This document shows, one piece after another, positions 28,699 to 38,823 of a DNA stretch of 64,000 nt; positions within the stretch are counted from its first letter, which is position 1; every line of letters begins with the position of its first letter. The notes beneath the pieces were generated by a model. It worked only from the letters and a program-made list of their open reading frames with translations, did not search any database and was not told the DNA's origin. The stretch spans positions 781,397 through 845,396 of the forward strand of contig OY782829.1 in the NCBI GenBank assembly GCA_963678385.1. Reading direction: 5' to 3'. The position numbers and the translations under genes were made by a program. This stretch comes from Anaerovoracaceae bacterium (GTDB lineage Bacteria > Bacillota > Clostridia > Peptostreptococcales > Anaerovoracaceae).

Positions 28699-28797
28699 CT
28701 CTGAGCATTGTCCGACACGGTTCAACACACCAGAGCAGCGTCTAAATTGGCTGTTATACGTATTGTCACCTTAGCGTAAAAAAAATAGAATTTATTA

Positions 28798-28826
28798 TTG
28801 ACATGGGATAGGGCACGCATTATAAT
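28798..28826 (+). promoter_or_regulatory. Consensus sigma-A promoter of the ABC operon
   Basis: TTGACA-17 bp-TATAAT. Confidence 0.8.
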
Positions 28827-28935
28827 ATGACACATGCAAGATAATAATCTCGTAATGTAGGTACATAAGGACCAAGCGGATCGGCAAAGCATATTACGGA
28901 TTATAAATCGGCCCATCAAAAAAGGAGGAATTTTT

Positions 28936-30087
28936 ATGAAATTGAGGAGACTTACATCATTATTGCTCGCGGGAATGTTAGTAATCAGCACTTTGACTGC
29001 TTGCGGCTCGCAGCAAACGGAATCAACCGATACCGGTTCCGACACAGCTGTTGCATCAAATATTGATTACGCGAACTTCGTAATCGATCCAAGTAAGATT
29101 CCACAGGAAAAGCTCGACACAACTTTATACGTAGCTACATCAGTTCGTGGGCTTGAAAATCCTTACATAGTAACAATTACAGAAGGAATGGATGAATTCT
29201 GTAAGTATTTGGACAGCATTGGGCAGAAATATGAAAAGCAAGTATTGGATTCCGGCGGATCCAATGACGTCGAAATCGACAACATGAAACAGTTCGCCGC
29301 AAAAGCAAACGGTAATGCGATCGCTTACGCTGACCCGAATGAAGCGGCAATCGCTCCTTCCCTTGCTGAAGCAATGGCATCCTCGGGCGGATATATCGGA
29401 ACTGCCTGGAACAAGCCAGACGACGCTATGCCGCAGGACTATAATCCAAACTGGGTTATCCACACTTCGGCTGACAACGTAACAAACGGCAAAGCTACCG
29501 CAAAAGCGCTTTTCGATAAGATGGGCGGAAAAGGCAAGATATTTGTTATTGAAGGTATGCTCGGAAATACAGCTTCCATCGATAGAGTAAAAGGCTTAGA
29601 ACAGGCTTTAAAAGAATATCCGGATATCGTAGTAGCACATCAGGATACAGGCAACTGGGCTACGGATCAGGCGCTTACTTTAGTTGAAACTTGGCTGAAT
29701 GATACTCCTGACGTTGGCGGTATCTGGTGTGCAAACGACAATATGGCAACCGGCGCACTTCAGGCTCTTGATAAACAGGGACTGAAAGGTAAAGTCGGCG
29801 TAACCGGCATTGACGCGAACACCGACATCGTTCAGGAAGTCAAAGCTGGCAACGTAGTTGCAACGGTTTCTTCAAACGGTTACTTACAGTCAGGATATAC
29901 ATTGGCGATCTGCTATGCAGCATGGGCCGGATTGATCGATCCAGAACAGCTGCCGGATGATTACAGAGTGTTCTTAACACCTGCTGTAATGGTTACATCT
30001 GATAATGTTGATGATTATATCGCAAAATATGTTGACGCAACTCCGGAAATGGATTTCTCAAAGATTTTTGACTGCAAAATAAAGTAA
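28936..30087 (+). CDS. Sugar ABC transporter substrate-binding lipoprotein (RbsB-like fold)
   Basis: Lipobox LTAC, ENPY, RVKG, CANDNMATGA, VTGID. Confidence 0.9.
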   Translation: MKLRRLTSLLLAGMLVISTLTACGSQQTESTDTGSDTAVASNIDYANFVIDPSKIPQEKLDTTLYVATSVRGLENPYIVTITEGMDEFCKYLDSIGQKYEKQVLDSGGSNDVEIDNMKQFAAKANGNAIAYADPNEAAIAPSLAEAMASSGGYIGTAWNKPDDAMPQDYNPNWVIHTSADNVTNGKATAKALFDKMGGKGKIFVIEGMLGNTASIDRVKGLEQALKEYPDIVVAHQDTGNWATDQALTLVETWLNDTPDVGGIWCANDNMATGALQALDKQGLKGKVGVTGIDANTDIVQEVKAGNVVATVSSNGYLQSGYTLAICYAAWAGLIDPEQLPDDYRVFLTPAVMVTSDNVDDYIAKYVDATPEMDFSKIFDCKIK

Positions 30088-30108
30088 GATTAATAATCTG
30101 ATGATTCA

Positions 30109-30141
30109 AAGGAGGAGATTGACAAAGTCAGTCTCCTCCTT
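30109..30141 (+). terminator. Stem-loop after the SBP gene (attenuator or mRNA stabiliser)
   Basis: aaggaggagattgac-aaa-gtcagtctcctcctt. Confidence 0.6.
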
Positions 30142-30201
30142 ACATCGAAAACATGTTAAAATAGCAGGAAACGGACTTATTAATTGATTGGAGAAGATAG
30201 A

Positions 30202-31221
30202 ATGGGAAAAGAAAAGCTTGCAACGTTGTCCATTACAGAAGAGTTTGCTTCCAAGATTAAATCGGATAATCAAAAAGAGCGGCTTATGAAATGGGCCCCT
30301 GTCTTTGTTTTGGTTGCATTGTTTCTTGTATTTACTGTCATACTCGGAGGATCCTTTGCGAGCGGAAGCAATCTTGTATCGATACTGAATCAATGGGCGA
30401 TTCCGCTGCTGGTTGCGCTTGGGCTGACATTTGTAATCATGCTGGGCAGTATCGATTTGTCGATTGACGGTACAGTGGGGATGGCCGGATCACTGGCTGC
30501 GGTTTTTGTACTGAACAGCCGCAACGGAAACGATATGGGAGTATGGGGACTTATTCTCGCTGTGTTATGCAGTGTTGTGATTGGATTTATTATTGGAACG
30601 ATTCACGTTAAATTAAAAATACCTTCATTCATGGTCAGCTTTGCTTTCATGAATATTTGTGCAGGGATAGGATTACTTTCTTACGGTGGTAAGCCGCCGA
30701 CAATCAAAGACGAATTCATTGCCTCAATTGCAAAGTCAAGTTTTCTTGGAATTCCAATTATAACATGGGTTGCACTTTTGGTTTTTTTAATATGCCTTTA
30801 CATACAGGAGTACACACCTTTTGGCCGTCACATCTATGCGGTGGGTACGGATGAAATGATTCCAAAGGCTGTCGGCATCAACGTAAACAGCGTAAAGATC
30901 AAGGTATTTACTTTGGCGGGCTTCTGCTTCGGAGTAGCCGGCGTTTTAGGAGCGATCCGGTTAGGCCAGGGGCAGGTTTCCATCGGAGACGGTTTGATGT
31001 TCCCCGCCAACGCGGCGGTTGTTATCGGAGGAACTGCTTTGACGGGCGGCAAAGGCGGAGTAGTGAATACCGTAGTTGGTACTTTGATCATGACAGTGCT
31101 GTTTAACGGATTGACGATGATGGGGGTAAATCCTTACATCAAAACCGGAGTCCAGGGCCTGATCATTTTAATAGCGGTGGCGTTGACGGTAAAACACGAA
31201 GCCACGGTTATCAGCAAATAG
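30202..31221 (+). CDS. Sugar ABC permease
   Basis: GSIDLS, TPFGRHIYAVG, AAVVIGGTALTGGKG. Confidence 0.92.
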   Translation: MGKEKLATLSITEEFASKIKSDNQKERLMKWAPVFVLVALFLVFTVILGGSFASGSNLVSILNQWAIPLLVALGLTFVIMLGSIDLSIDGTVGMAGSLAAVFVLNSRNGNDMGVWGLILAVLCSVVIGFIIGTIHVKLKIPSFMVSFAFMNICAGIGLLSYGGKPPTIKDEFIASIAKSSFLGIPIITWVALLVFLICLYIQEYTPFGRHIYAVGTDEMIPKAVGINVNSVKIKVFTLAGFCFGVAGVLGAIRLGQGQVSIGDGLMFPANAAVVIGGTALTGGKGGVVNTVVGTLIMTVLFNGLTMMGVNPYIKTGVQGLIILIAVALTVKHEATVISK

Positions 31222-31237
31222 TGCCGGAGGGATAGAA

Positions 31238-32773
31238 ATGGAAGAGAAAAAATTACTTTTTAGCGCGAAAAACATTACTAAGTCCTTTCATGGCACCCAG
31301 GCACTTAAAGGTGTCGATTTAGATGTCTACGAGGGAGAGGTAATCGGACTGATCGGCGAGAACGGAGCCGGAAAATCCACCTTGCTGAAAATCATTATCG
31401 GCGTTCAGCCGCCTACATCCGGCGAGATGTTCATGTACGGAAAAAAGTTTGAACCGAAGACGCCACTGGAAGCCAATGCGGCGGGAGTCGGAATGGTTTA
31501 TCAGGAACAATCTCTGATTACAAACCTGTCGGTGGGACAAAATATTTTCTTCGGTCATGAAAAGGATTTCGTAAAGCTCGGCTTTGTCAATTGGAGCAAA
31601 ATGTACGCGGAAGCGCAAAAGGTGCTTGAAGCCGTAAACAGCGGGCATATCAATCCGCGAAAAAAGGTCATCGATCTGAATTTTGCCACAAGGCAGATGA
31701 TCGAAATCGCCAAGGTTGTAAATGTTACAAAATCGGCGAATCCAAGCGGAAAATGCCTGATCCTTTTAGATGAGCCTACTTCCGTATTGAGTGAAGCAGA
31801 AGTAAAAGGATTGTTTACAGAAATAAGAAAATTGAAAGCCCAGGGGCATTCCGTCGTATTTGTTTCCCATAGACTGGATGAAGTCCTGGAAATCTCAGAC
31901 CGAGTGTATGTATACAAAGACGGTTCCAATGCCGGAAATATGCCGATCGAAGAAGCATCGGAAACAAAGATGTATGAAATGATGGTCGGCCATGAAACCA
32001 CTTCGGAGTATTATAAGCTCGACAAGCAGATCACTCCCGGTGAAGAAGTAGTACTGGAAGCAAAGGATTTGGGTCTGTGGGGACGGTTCAAGCACTGCGA
32101 TTTCAAGCTTCATAAAGGCGAGATCCTTGGATTTTGCGGCGTTGTCGGCTCAGGAAAAGAAGAGATATGCTCTGTGCTTTGCGGAGATGAAAAACCTACA
32201 TATGGAGAAGTGATCGTTAAAGGAAAACCCGTTCATTATTCAGAACCGTCAAAGGCATTAAAAGACGGAACCCTTTTGATCCCAAAAGAAAGAATGTATG
32301 AGGGCATCGTAAGGTGCTTACCCGTTGAAGACAATATGGCAATGTCCAATACGAGACAATTGAAAAACAAAAGAGGGCTTGTCTCTAAAAGAGCCATATC
32401 GGATCAAGCGCAGAAATATATCAAGCTTTTGAATATCAAGACCAGAGGAAAAGACGAATTGTTGATTCAATTGTCCGGAGGCAATCAGCAGAAAGTCGTA
32501 TTCGCAAGAGCTCTTGCTTCTCAGGCGGATATCCTGATATTGAATCACCCGACCCGCGGAGTTGACGTAGGCGCAAAAGAAGAAATCTACAGCCTGATCC
32601 GCGATATGGTTGCGGAAGGTAAGTCGGTCATCCTGCTTGGAGATACGTTGGACGAATGCATCAGCATGAGTAACCGTGTCTTGGTTATGAAGGACGGTCT
32701 GATAACCGGAGAATTTAATGCGGCTGCTGATTCGAAACCGAGTCAGGTTCAAATCGTTAGTATGATGGTATAG
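31238..32773 (+). CDS. Sugar ABC ATPase (two NBDs)
   Basis: GENGAGKST, LLDEPTS, LSGGNQQKV, PTRGVDVGAK. Confidence 0.95.
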   Translation: MEEKKLLFSAKNITKSFHGTQALKGVDLDVYEGEVIGLIGENGAGKSTLLKIIIGVQPPTSGEMFMYGKKFEPKTPLEANAAGVGMVYQEQSLITNLSVGQNIFFGHEKDFVKLGFVNWSKMYAEAQKVLEAVNSGHINPRKKVIDLNFATRQMIEIAKVVNVTKSANPSGKCLILLDEPTSVLSEAEVKGLFTEIRKLKAQGHSVVFVSHRLDEVLEISDRVYVYKDGSNAGNMPIEEASETKMYEMMVGHETTSEYYKLDKQITPGEEVVLEAKDLGLWGRFKHCDFKLHKGEILGFCGVVGSGKEEICSVLCGDEKPTYGEVIVKGKPVHYSEPSKALKDGTLLIPKERMYEGIVRCLPVEDNMAMSNTRQLKNKRGLVSKRAISDQAQKYIKLLNIKTRGKDELLIQLSGGNQQKVVFARALASQADILILNHPTRGVDVGAKEEIYSLIRDMVAEGKSVILLGDTLDECISMSNRVLVMKDGLITGEFNAAADSKPSQVQIVSMMV

Positions 32774-32785
32774 GCGGGTGAAAAA

Positions 32786-33763
32786 ATGATAAAAATTAAC
32801 AAAGATAATTTTGCTATATATTTCAGTATCTCGATAATTGTAATACTTACCATTGTCTTTTCAACGATGGAAAGCAGTTTTATCGGTTATGCCAATCTAA
32901 GCAACCTGTTGAGCGATACGGCGCCGCTGATGATCATGGCAGCCGGCATGACGCCGATCCTGCTCCTCGGATCCATTGATTTATCCGTCGGTTCCATGTG
33001 TTCTGTTGCAAACGTAATGGCTTTAAGCATTGTGATGCTATTCAAAGGTACGGCGGTACCCTTTGGCGTTATTATGATTGTGGCGTTTGGCACAACGATC
33101 CTATTTTCAGTGGCTGCAGGCATGATGCTGGGTATTATTCATGTCAAATTAAAAATACCTTCCTTCATAGCTTCACTGGCGTTTCTGTCCATTTGGAGCT
33201 CAGTGGCTTTACTGATATCCAATGCTCCGGTTTCCATACCGAAAGTATTATGGCCGACGATCGACTGGTATAAGCTGTCCCTGGGACCCCTTGGATTACC
33301 GTTGATCATAGCCCTTGCTCTCATATTTGCTTATTACATTATGCTGACCAGAACTTCATTCGGCAAGGGGGTCTATGCAATCGGAGGAAATGAAAGAGCA
33401 GCCCGTGTCGCGGGTATTTCAGTCGACAGAATCAAGATCGCAGTATTTGCAATCAATGGATTCTGTGCGGCGTCAGGCGCTATTTTACTGATGGCGAAAG
33501 CGAAAAGCTCGGCTCCAACAGTCGGAGAATCGTTTACCCTGATGGTTATTTCCGCAGTCGTACTCGGCGGAACCTCGTTGGTTGGCGGCAAGGGCAGTAT
33601 TTTAGGCACTATATTGGGCGTATTCACGGTTGCTATCATCAAAAATGGTATGAATATCGTGGGCGTCGATGTATTCTGGCAGAAGATCGTTTTCGGCGCT
33701 ATCATTCTGATCGCCATCGCGATCAATACGGACCGTTCGTCAAGAAGCTTTGTCGTTAAGTAG
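32786..33763 (+). CDS. Sugar ABC permease
   Basis: GSIDLSVG, FGKGVYAIGGNE.AA, SAVVLGGTSLVGGKG. Confidence 0.92.
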   Translation: MIKINKDNFAIYFSISIIVILTIVFSTMESSFIGYANLSNLLSDTAPLMIMAAGMTPILLLGSIDLSVGSMCSVANVMALSIVMLFKGTAVPFGVIMIVAFGTTILFSVAAGMMLGIIHVKLKIPSFIASLAFLSIWSSVALLISNAPVSIPKVLWPTIDWYKLSLGPLGLPLIIALALIFAYYIMLTRTSFGKGVYAIGGNERAARVAGISVDRIKIAVFAINGFCAASGAILLMAKAKSSAPTVGESFTLMVISAVVLGGTSLVGGKGSILGTILGVFTVAIIKNGMNIVGVDVFWQKIVFGAIILIAIAINTDRSSRSFVVK

Positions 33764-33774
33764 AGGAGAAAACC

Positions 33775-34164
33775 ATGATAAAGAATCGGAAGCATTCTCA
33801 TATTGGTCTTGGAACGAAAGACGTAGAAGCCGCGGCAAAATGGTATATGGATGTTCTGGGATTCGAGCTGATCGGCGATTTTAAGGCGCCCGACGGCAAT
33901 CCGATCAAATTTCTGAAGAACAGGGATGTTGTTTATGAGATGTATCAGGACAGCTCCATTTCTCCGGCGGCTTCCGGAAAAATCGATCATTACTCCTTTG
34001 AATCACAGGATATTGAAACGGATTATGATTATTGTGTGAAGCAGGGATATCAGATCACGACCAAAGGCATCGAGGGGATCCCCACACTGTGGGAGCATGG
34101 CGTCAGGTACTTTAAAATCGCCAGTCCGACGGGAGAAGATCTCGAGTTTTGTCAGATATTATAG
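33775..34164 (+). CDS. VOC/glyoxalase family protein
   Basis: HIGL....VEAAAKWYMDVLGF, IDHYSF, GEDLEF. Confidence 0.85.
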   Translation: MIKNRKHSHIGLGTKDVEAAAKWYMDVLGFELIGDFKAPDGNPIKFLKNRDVVYEMYQDSSISPAASGKIDHYSFESQDIETDYDYCVKQGYQITTKGIEGIPTLWEHGVRYFKIASPTGEDLEFCQIL

Positions 34165-34218
34165 ATGAGTTGCATACGGGGGAATAATCCCCCGTATCAT
34201 ATTATGGGAGGAGAGAAT

Positions 34219-35037
34219 ATGGATTACATAACACTTAATAATGACTTGAAAATGCCGAAGCTGGGATTCGGCGTATTCCAGACCCCCGACGGAAAGCAGA
34301 CGGAAGACGCCGTTAAATGGGCGTTGGAAGCAGGGTACAGACATATTGATACTGCAATGATCTACGGAAATGAAAGCAGCGTCGGAAAAGCCATGGAAGA
34401 AAGCGGAGTGCCGAGAAAAGACGTCTTTTTAACCACCAAGTTATGGAATGAAGATATCCGCAGAGGCAACACGATGCAAGCCTTTGAAGACAGTCTGAAT
34501 AAACTGCGGACGGATTATCTGGACCTGTATCTCATTCACTGGCCGGCGGACGGATTTGAAAAGGCGTGGACCGAAATGGAAAAGATCTACGCTTCCGGAA
34601 GGGCAAAAGCCATTGGCGTATCAAATTTCCAGCCCCGCCATCTGGAAGCGCTGGAGAAAATCTCTTCCCTTCGCCCGGCTGTGAATCAAATTGAATCCAA
34701 CCCTTATTTCAACAATCAGGCTGTGATCGATTACAGCAGGGAAAGAGGGATTTCCGTTACCGTATGGAGCCCCCTGGGAGGAACAGGCGGAAACATTCTT
34801 GAGGACGCGGTCCTGTCGGAACTTTCCGCAAAATATAAGAAATCTGCGGCGCAGATCGTGATCCGGTGGCATTTGCAGCGTGACGTCGTTGTGATTCCAA
34901 AATCCCTGCATCAGAATCGGATCATATCAAATTTCGATGTATTTGATTTTGAACTCAGCAAAGCCGATATGGATCGCATCAGCGGCCTGAACCGGAACAT
35001 AAGATCCGGAGCAGATCCTGATACCTTTGACTTTTAG
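34219..35037 (+). CDS. Aldo/keto reductase (2,5-DKG reductase-like)
   Basis: GYRHIDTA.IY.NE, FLTTKLWN, LYLIHWP, IGVSNF, NQIE, VIPKS. Confidence 0.92.
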   Translation: MDYITLNNDLKMPKLGFGVFQTPDGKQTEDAVKWALEAGYRHIDTAMIYGNESSVGKAMEESGVPRKDVFLTTKLWNEDIRRGNTMQAFEDSLNKLRTDYLDLYLIHWPADGFEKAWTEMEKIYASGRAKAIGVSNFQPRHLEALEKISSLRPAVNQIESNPYFNNQAVIDYSRERGISVTVWSPLGGTGGNILEDAVLSELSAKYKKSAAQIVIRWHLQRDVVVIPKSLHQNRIISNFDVFDFELSKADMDRISGLNRNIRSGADPDTFDF

Positions 35038-35052
35038 AGGCTGGGGTCGGAT

Positions 35053-35916
35053 ATGAAATACGGGATATATTATGCATATTGGGAGCAGGAGTGGGATTCC
35101 GAAGGATTTACAAAATATGTGAACAAGGTTGCAAACCTTGGATTTGACGTGCTGGAAATCAACGGAACGCCGCTTCCGGAGTATACAAAAAGCGATATCA
35201 GGGAACTGAAAGCCTGTGCCGACTCGGCGGGCATCGAGATCACAACCGGATACGGTCCGATTTATGAACACGATATGGGATCAAAAGACCCCGGGACCCG
35301 CAAATCGGCCCTCGAGTGGTATAAGAGGCTGTTTGACGTAATGGAACAGCTGGACAGCCGTTTGCTCGGAGGAGCCATTTATTCCCACTGGCCCATCGAT
35401 TACAGCAAAGGCGTCAATAAAGAGGAAGACTGGAAAAGAAGCGTGGAAGGAATGCGGATCCTGGGTCCCGTGGCAAAAGAGCACGGCATTACTTTGGGAA
35501 TGGAGATCCTGAATCGCTTTGAAAACCACATTCTCAACACGGCGGAAGAAGGCGTCCGTTTTGTGAAGGAAGCCGGGCAGGATAATGTGAAAGTCATGCT
35601 GGATACGTTCCATATGAATATCGAAGAAGACAGCATGAGGGACGCCATCCTGACCGCCGGCCCGTATCTGGGACATTTCCATGTGGGCGAATGCAATAGG
35701 AAGCTGCCCGGAAACGGACGCATTCCATGGAAAGAAATCATGGGAGCGCTCCGGGAAGTAAATTATCAGGGCTGCGTAACCATGGAGCCCTTTGTAAGAA
35801 TGGGCGGCCGCGTTGGTGAGGACATTAAAGTCTGGCGCGATCTCTCCGGCAATGCAACGGAAGCCGAGCTGGATGAAGCCGCCGGAAAATCGCTGAGATA
35901 TCTGAAAAACTTATAA
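35053..35916 (+). CDS. dpe: D-allulose (psicose)/D-tagatose 3-epimerase family
   Basis: MKYGIYYAYWEQEW N-terminus; metal/catalytic motifs EILNRFE, LDTFH, HFHVGECNR, MEPF, IKVWRD. Confidence 0.88.
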   Translation: MKYGIYYAYWEQEWDSEGFTKYVNKVANLGFDVLEINGTPLPEYTKSDIRELKACADSAGIEITTGYGPIYEHDMGSKDPGTRKSALEWYKRLFDVMEQLDSRLLGGAIYSHWPIDYSKGVNKEEDWKRSVEGMRILGPVAKEHGITLGMEILNRFENHILNTAEEGVRFVKEAGQDNVKVMLDTFHMNIEEDSMRDAILTAGPYLGHFHVGECNRKLPGNGRIPWKEIMGALREVNYQGCVTMEPFVRMGGRVGEDIKVWRDLSGNATEAELDEAAGKSLRYLKNL

Positions 35917-35930
35917 CTTTATAACCCTGA

Positions 35931-35959
35931 AAAATGAGAGGCTTTGCCTCTCATTTTTT
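35931..35959 (+). terminator. Terminator of the ABC-epimerase operon
   Basis: aaaatgagagg-cttt-gcctctcatttttt. Confidence 0.85.
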
Positions 35960-36144
35960 ATTTTCGTTCCGATATAGCAATAATCTCATTATTTTCCTGA
36001 ATATGCATTTCTTTTTCCACATCGCTTTGGTAATTAAATGTACTATTGCATCGTTTTTTTTTCAAATCCTCCATGTTAAGATTATGTATAATCAAACCAA
36101 ACCACAACCTAATGCGAAAGAATTTAGTTATAAGGTGACATAAA

Positions 36145-37860
36145 ATGATTGGAATCGGTGTAGTGCCCGGAATGGCAATGGCCGGAGCGTATCTTGTCGA
36201 TGAGGACGCTATCGAGACAGAGAAAAGAATCGTCGACGACCCGGAGAAAGAGTACCAGAGGTTTCTATCCGCCAAAGAAGTCTGTGCCGGTCAGCTTGAG
36301 GAAATCATGAAGGCAATGCCCGCAAGGCTGGGAAAAGACAATCGGGATATCTTTGACTACCAGATTTTAATGCTGGAAGATGCCAGTTTCCTGGGATTAA
36401 TAAAGGACGCCATCGAAAATGAACACGTCAACAGTGAATATGCGGTAAATACCGCTGCCCAAAAATACATAGAGCTTTTTGAAAATATGGATAACGATTA
36501 TTTAAAACAGCGGACCATCGATTTGGTGGATATTGCCAGAAGGCTCACCTTCATCCTGATGGGAAAAGAGCAAAAAACGCTTTCGAACATCCATGAGAAT
36601 TCCATAGTGGCGGCGGTGGACCTGACTCCGTCTCAGACTGTGGGGATCAACAGGGACCGAGTGAAGGGGATCCTCCTTGAACGGGGAGGAAGCTCATCCC
36701 ACAGCGTGATCATAGCGAGATCCATGGGTATCCCCTGCATCGTAGGGATCACAGGGCTACTCCAACAGATCGTCCACGGCGAAACCGTGATCATCAACGG
36801 CGATACGGGGGAGGTCACGACGAAGCCCACCGGGGAGCAGATTGCACAGTACGAAGCCTATCAAGCCAAGGCCATGCTCGAAAAGCAGCAGCTGGACCGC
36901 TATAAAAAATGCAGAAGCATTACGCTGGACGGAATCGAAATGAAGATATACGCCAACATCACTTCCGAGAATGAAGTGGAGTCTTTGAAAGATAACGGCG
37001 GAGAGGGAGTAGGGCTTTTCCGGACGGAATTCCTGTATATGACCGGCGACGATCTGCCGTCGGAGGAACTGCAATACAAAGTGTATTCCAATATCGCCGA
37101 CAGGCTTGAGGGACGCCCGCTTATCATCCGGACGCTGGATGCCGGAGGAGATAAAAATATATCCAGCCTGGGAATCCAAAAAGAAGAGAATCCCTTCCTC
37201 GGATATCGGGCGATCCGGTATTGCCTTGATCATCCGGACATATTTAAAACCCAGATTTCTGCCATATTACGGGCGGGGTCATTGGGGAATGTCTCATTCA
37301 TGCTGCCGATGATCGCTGACATTGGCGAGGTTCGAAGGACAAAGACCATGGTGGAGGAGGTAAGGGAAGAACTTACAGGAAAAGGGATCCTCCCTGCCGA
37401 AAGCATCCGCATGGGGATGATGGTGGAAACGCCCGCCGCCGCATTCATGGCCGAGCGGTTTGCGAAGGAAGTAGATTTTTTCAGCATCGGCACAAACGAT
37501 CTGACTCAGTATCTGTTTGCAGCCGACCGAATGAACCAAAAGGTCGCGAACCTGAATTCCTATTTCCATCCGGCGCTTTTAAGCACAATCAAACATGTCT
37601 GCGAATGCGCTAAAAAGAGCGGCATTGAAGTGGATATCTGTGGGCAGGCCGGTGAAATACCCGCCTTGATCCCCATCTGGGTGGCAATGGGCGTTGACAA
37701 CCTGAGCGTAAGCATCCCATCGATTCCAAAGGTCAGGAAAGTAATCTGCGAAACCAGGAAATCGGATGCAAAGGAAGTCATGGAAAAGGCCCTGCTTCTG
37801 GATACGGCACAGGATGTTGAACGGTTTTTGGAACAGCAATTTAACAATGAAGGGGTATGA
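36145..37860 (+). CDS. ptsI: PTS enzyme I, copy 1
   Basis: GGSSSHSVI phospho-His, GVGLFRTEFL, RTLDAGGDK, NPFLGYRAIR, FFSIGTNDLTQY. Confidence 0.92.
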   Translation: MIGIGVVPGMAMAGAYLVDEDAIETEKRIVDDPEKEYQRFLSAKEVCAGQLEEIMKAMPARLGKDNRDIFDYQILMLEDASFLGLIKDAIENEHVNSEYAVNTAAQKYIELFENMDNDYLKQRTIDLVDIARRLTFILMGKEQKTLSNIHENSIVAAVDLTPSQTVGINRDRVKGILLERGGSSSHSVIIARSMGIPCIVGITGLLQQIVHGETVIINGDTGEVTTKPTGEQIAQYEAYQAKAMLEKQQLDRYKKCRSITLDGIEMKIYANITSENEVESLKDNGGEGVGLFRTEFLYMTGDDLPSEELQYKVYSNIADRLEGRPLIIRTLDAGGDKNISSLGIQKEENPFLGYRAIRYCLDHPDIFKTQISAILRAGSLGNVSFMLPMIADIGEVRRTKTMVEEVREELTGKGILPAESIRMGMMVETPAAAFMAERFAKEVDFFSIGTNDLTQYLFAADRMNQKVANLNSYFHPALLSTIKHVCECAKKSGIEVDICGQAGEIPALIPIWVAMGVDNLSVSIPSIPKVRKVICETRKSDAKEVMEKALLLDTAQDVERFLEQQFNNEGV

Positions 37861-37862
37861 CT

Positions 37863-38129
37863 ATGATAACAAAAGAACTTAAGGTATTGAACGAGCTGGG
37901 AATCCACGCGCGTGTCGCAAGCAGGATCGTGCGCTGTGCGAGCGGTTTTGAGAGTTCGGTTCAGGTAAAAAAGGACGGCGGATCATTCGATCTTAAGACG
38001 GTTCTGGGCGTTATGACACTGAACGCCAAATGCGGAGAATCTTTATCGATCGACATCGAAGGTCCTGATGAGACGGAAGCGGCCAAAACACTCGAAGAGC
38101 TGTTTGCAATCAAATTCGGAGAAAACTGA
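37863..38129 (+). CDS. HPr-family phosphocarrier, copy 1 (His15 present, Thr at position 46)
   Basis: GIHARVAS; DLKTVLGVMTL. Confidence 0.88.
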   Translation: MITKELKVLNELGIHARVASRIVRCASGFESSVQVKKDGGSFDLKTVLGVMTLNAKCGESLSIDIEGPDETEAAKTLEELFAIKFGEN

Positions 38130-38143
38130 GAGAGGAGACAGAA

Positions 38144-38461
38144 GTGGATATTTTTGAGATGGCTATGGGGTTGATAGCCGGAGCAGGAGACTCAAGGAGT
38201 TATTCAATGGAAGCGATCGCGCACGCCAGGACCGGCGATTTCACGGAAGCGCGGGCATGCATCGAAAAGGCGAAAGAAGCGATGGTCAAAACGCATGATG
38301 TGCAGACGGAACTGATCCGGAGCGAAATGCAGGGCGCAAAAACAGAGATCACACTGCTGATGGTTCACGCGCAGGATCATCTGACCGCCGCGATGCTCAT
38401 GCGGGATATGGCGGAAGAATTTATCATGTTATATGAAAAAATGAAAAAAGGAGATAAATGA
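38144..38461 (+). CDS. PTS Lac/cellobiose family EIIA
   Basis: AGDSRS, AHDVQT-like helix, LLMVHAQDHL. Confidence 0.92.
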   Translation: MDIFEMAMGLIAGAGDSRSYSMEAIAHARTGDFTEARACIEKAKEAMVKTHDVQTELIRSEMQGAKTEITLLMVHAQDHLTAAMLMRDMAEEFIMLYEKMKKGDK

Positions 38462-38462
38462 G

Positions 38463-38771
38463 ATGCTTACAATCACGTTGTTATGCAACCTGGGGATGTC
38501 CACGGGAATGTTGATAGACAAAATAAAAGAAGCAGCGGAGGCCAAGGGCATTGAGGTCGACGTGGATGCGGCGCCTTTTGATAAAGCAGTCGACAGGCTC
38601 GATCGGACGGATATCCTGCTGCTGGGTCCCCAGGTAAGGTATCATATGCCGAGATTCCAAAAAGATTACGGCGGGAAAATTCCTGTGATCGACACGATCG
38701 ATTTTACCGACTACGCGCTGGTAAACGGACAGAAGATCCTGAATGAAGCCCTTGCCAAGTTACCAAAGTAA
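38463..38771 (+). CDS. PTS Lac/cellobiose family EIIB
   Basis: LLCNLGMSTGML, ILLLGPQVRY. Confidence 0.92.
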   Translation: MLTITLLCNLGMSTGMLIDKIKEAAEAKGIEVDVDAAPFDKAVDRLDRTDILLLGPQVRYHMPRFQKDYGGKIPVIDTIDFTDYALVNGQKILNEALAKLPK

Positions 38772-38823
38772 TTATCCATAAGTTTTATTAGGAAAGTAAT
38801 AAAAAAAAGGAGGTTATATAAAG

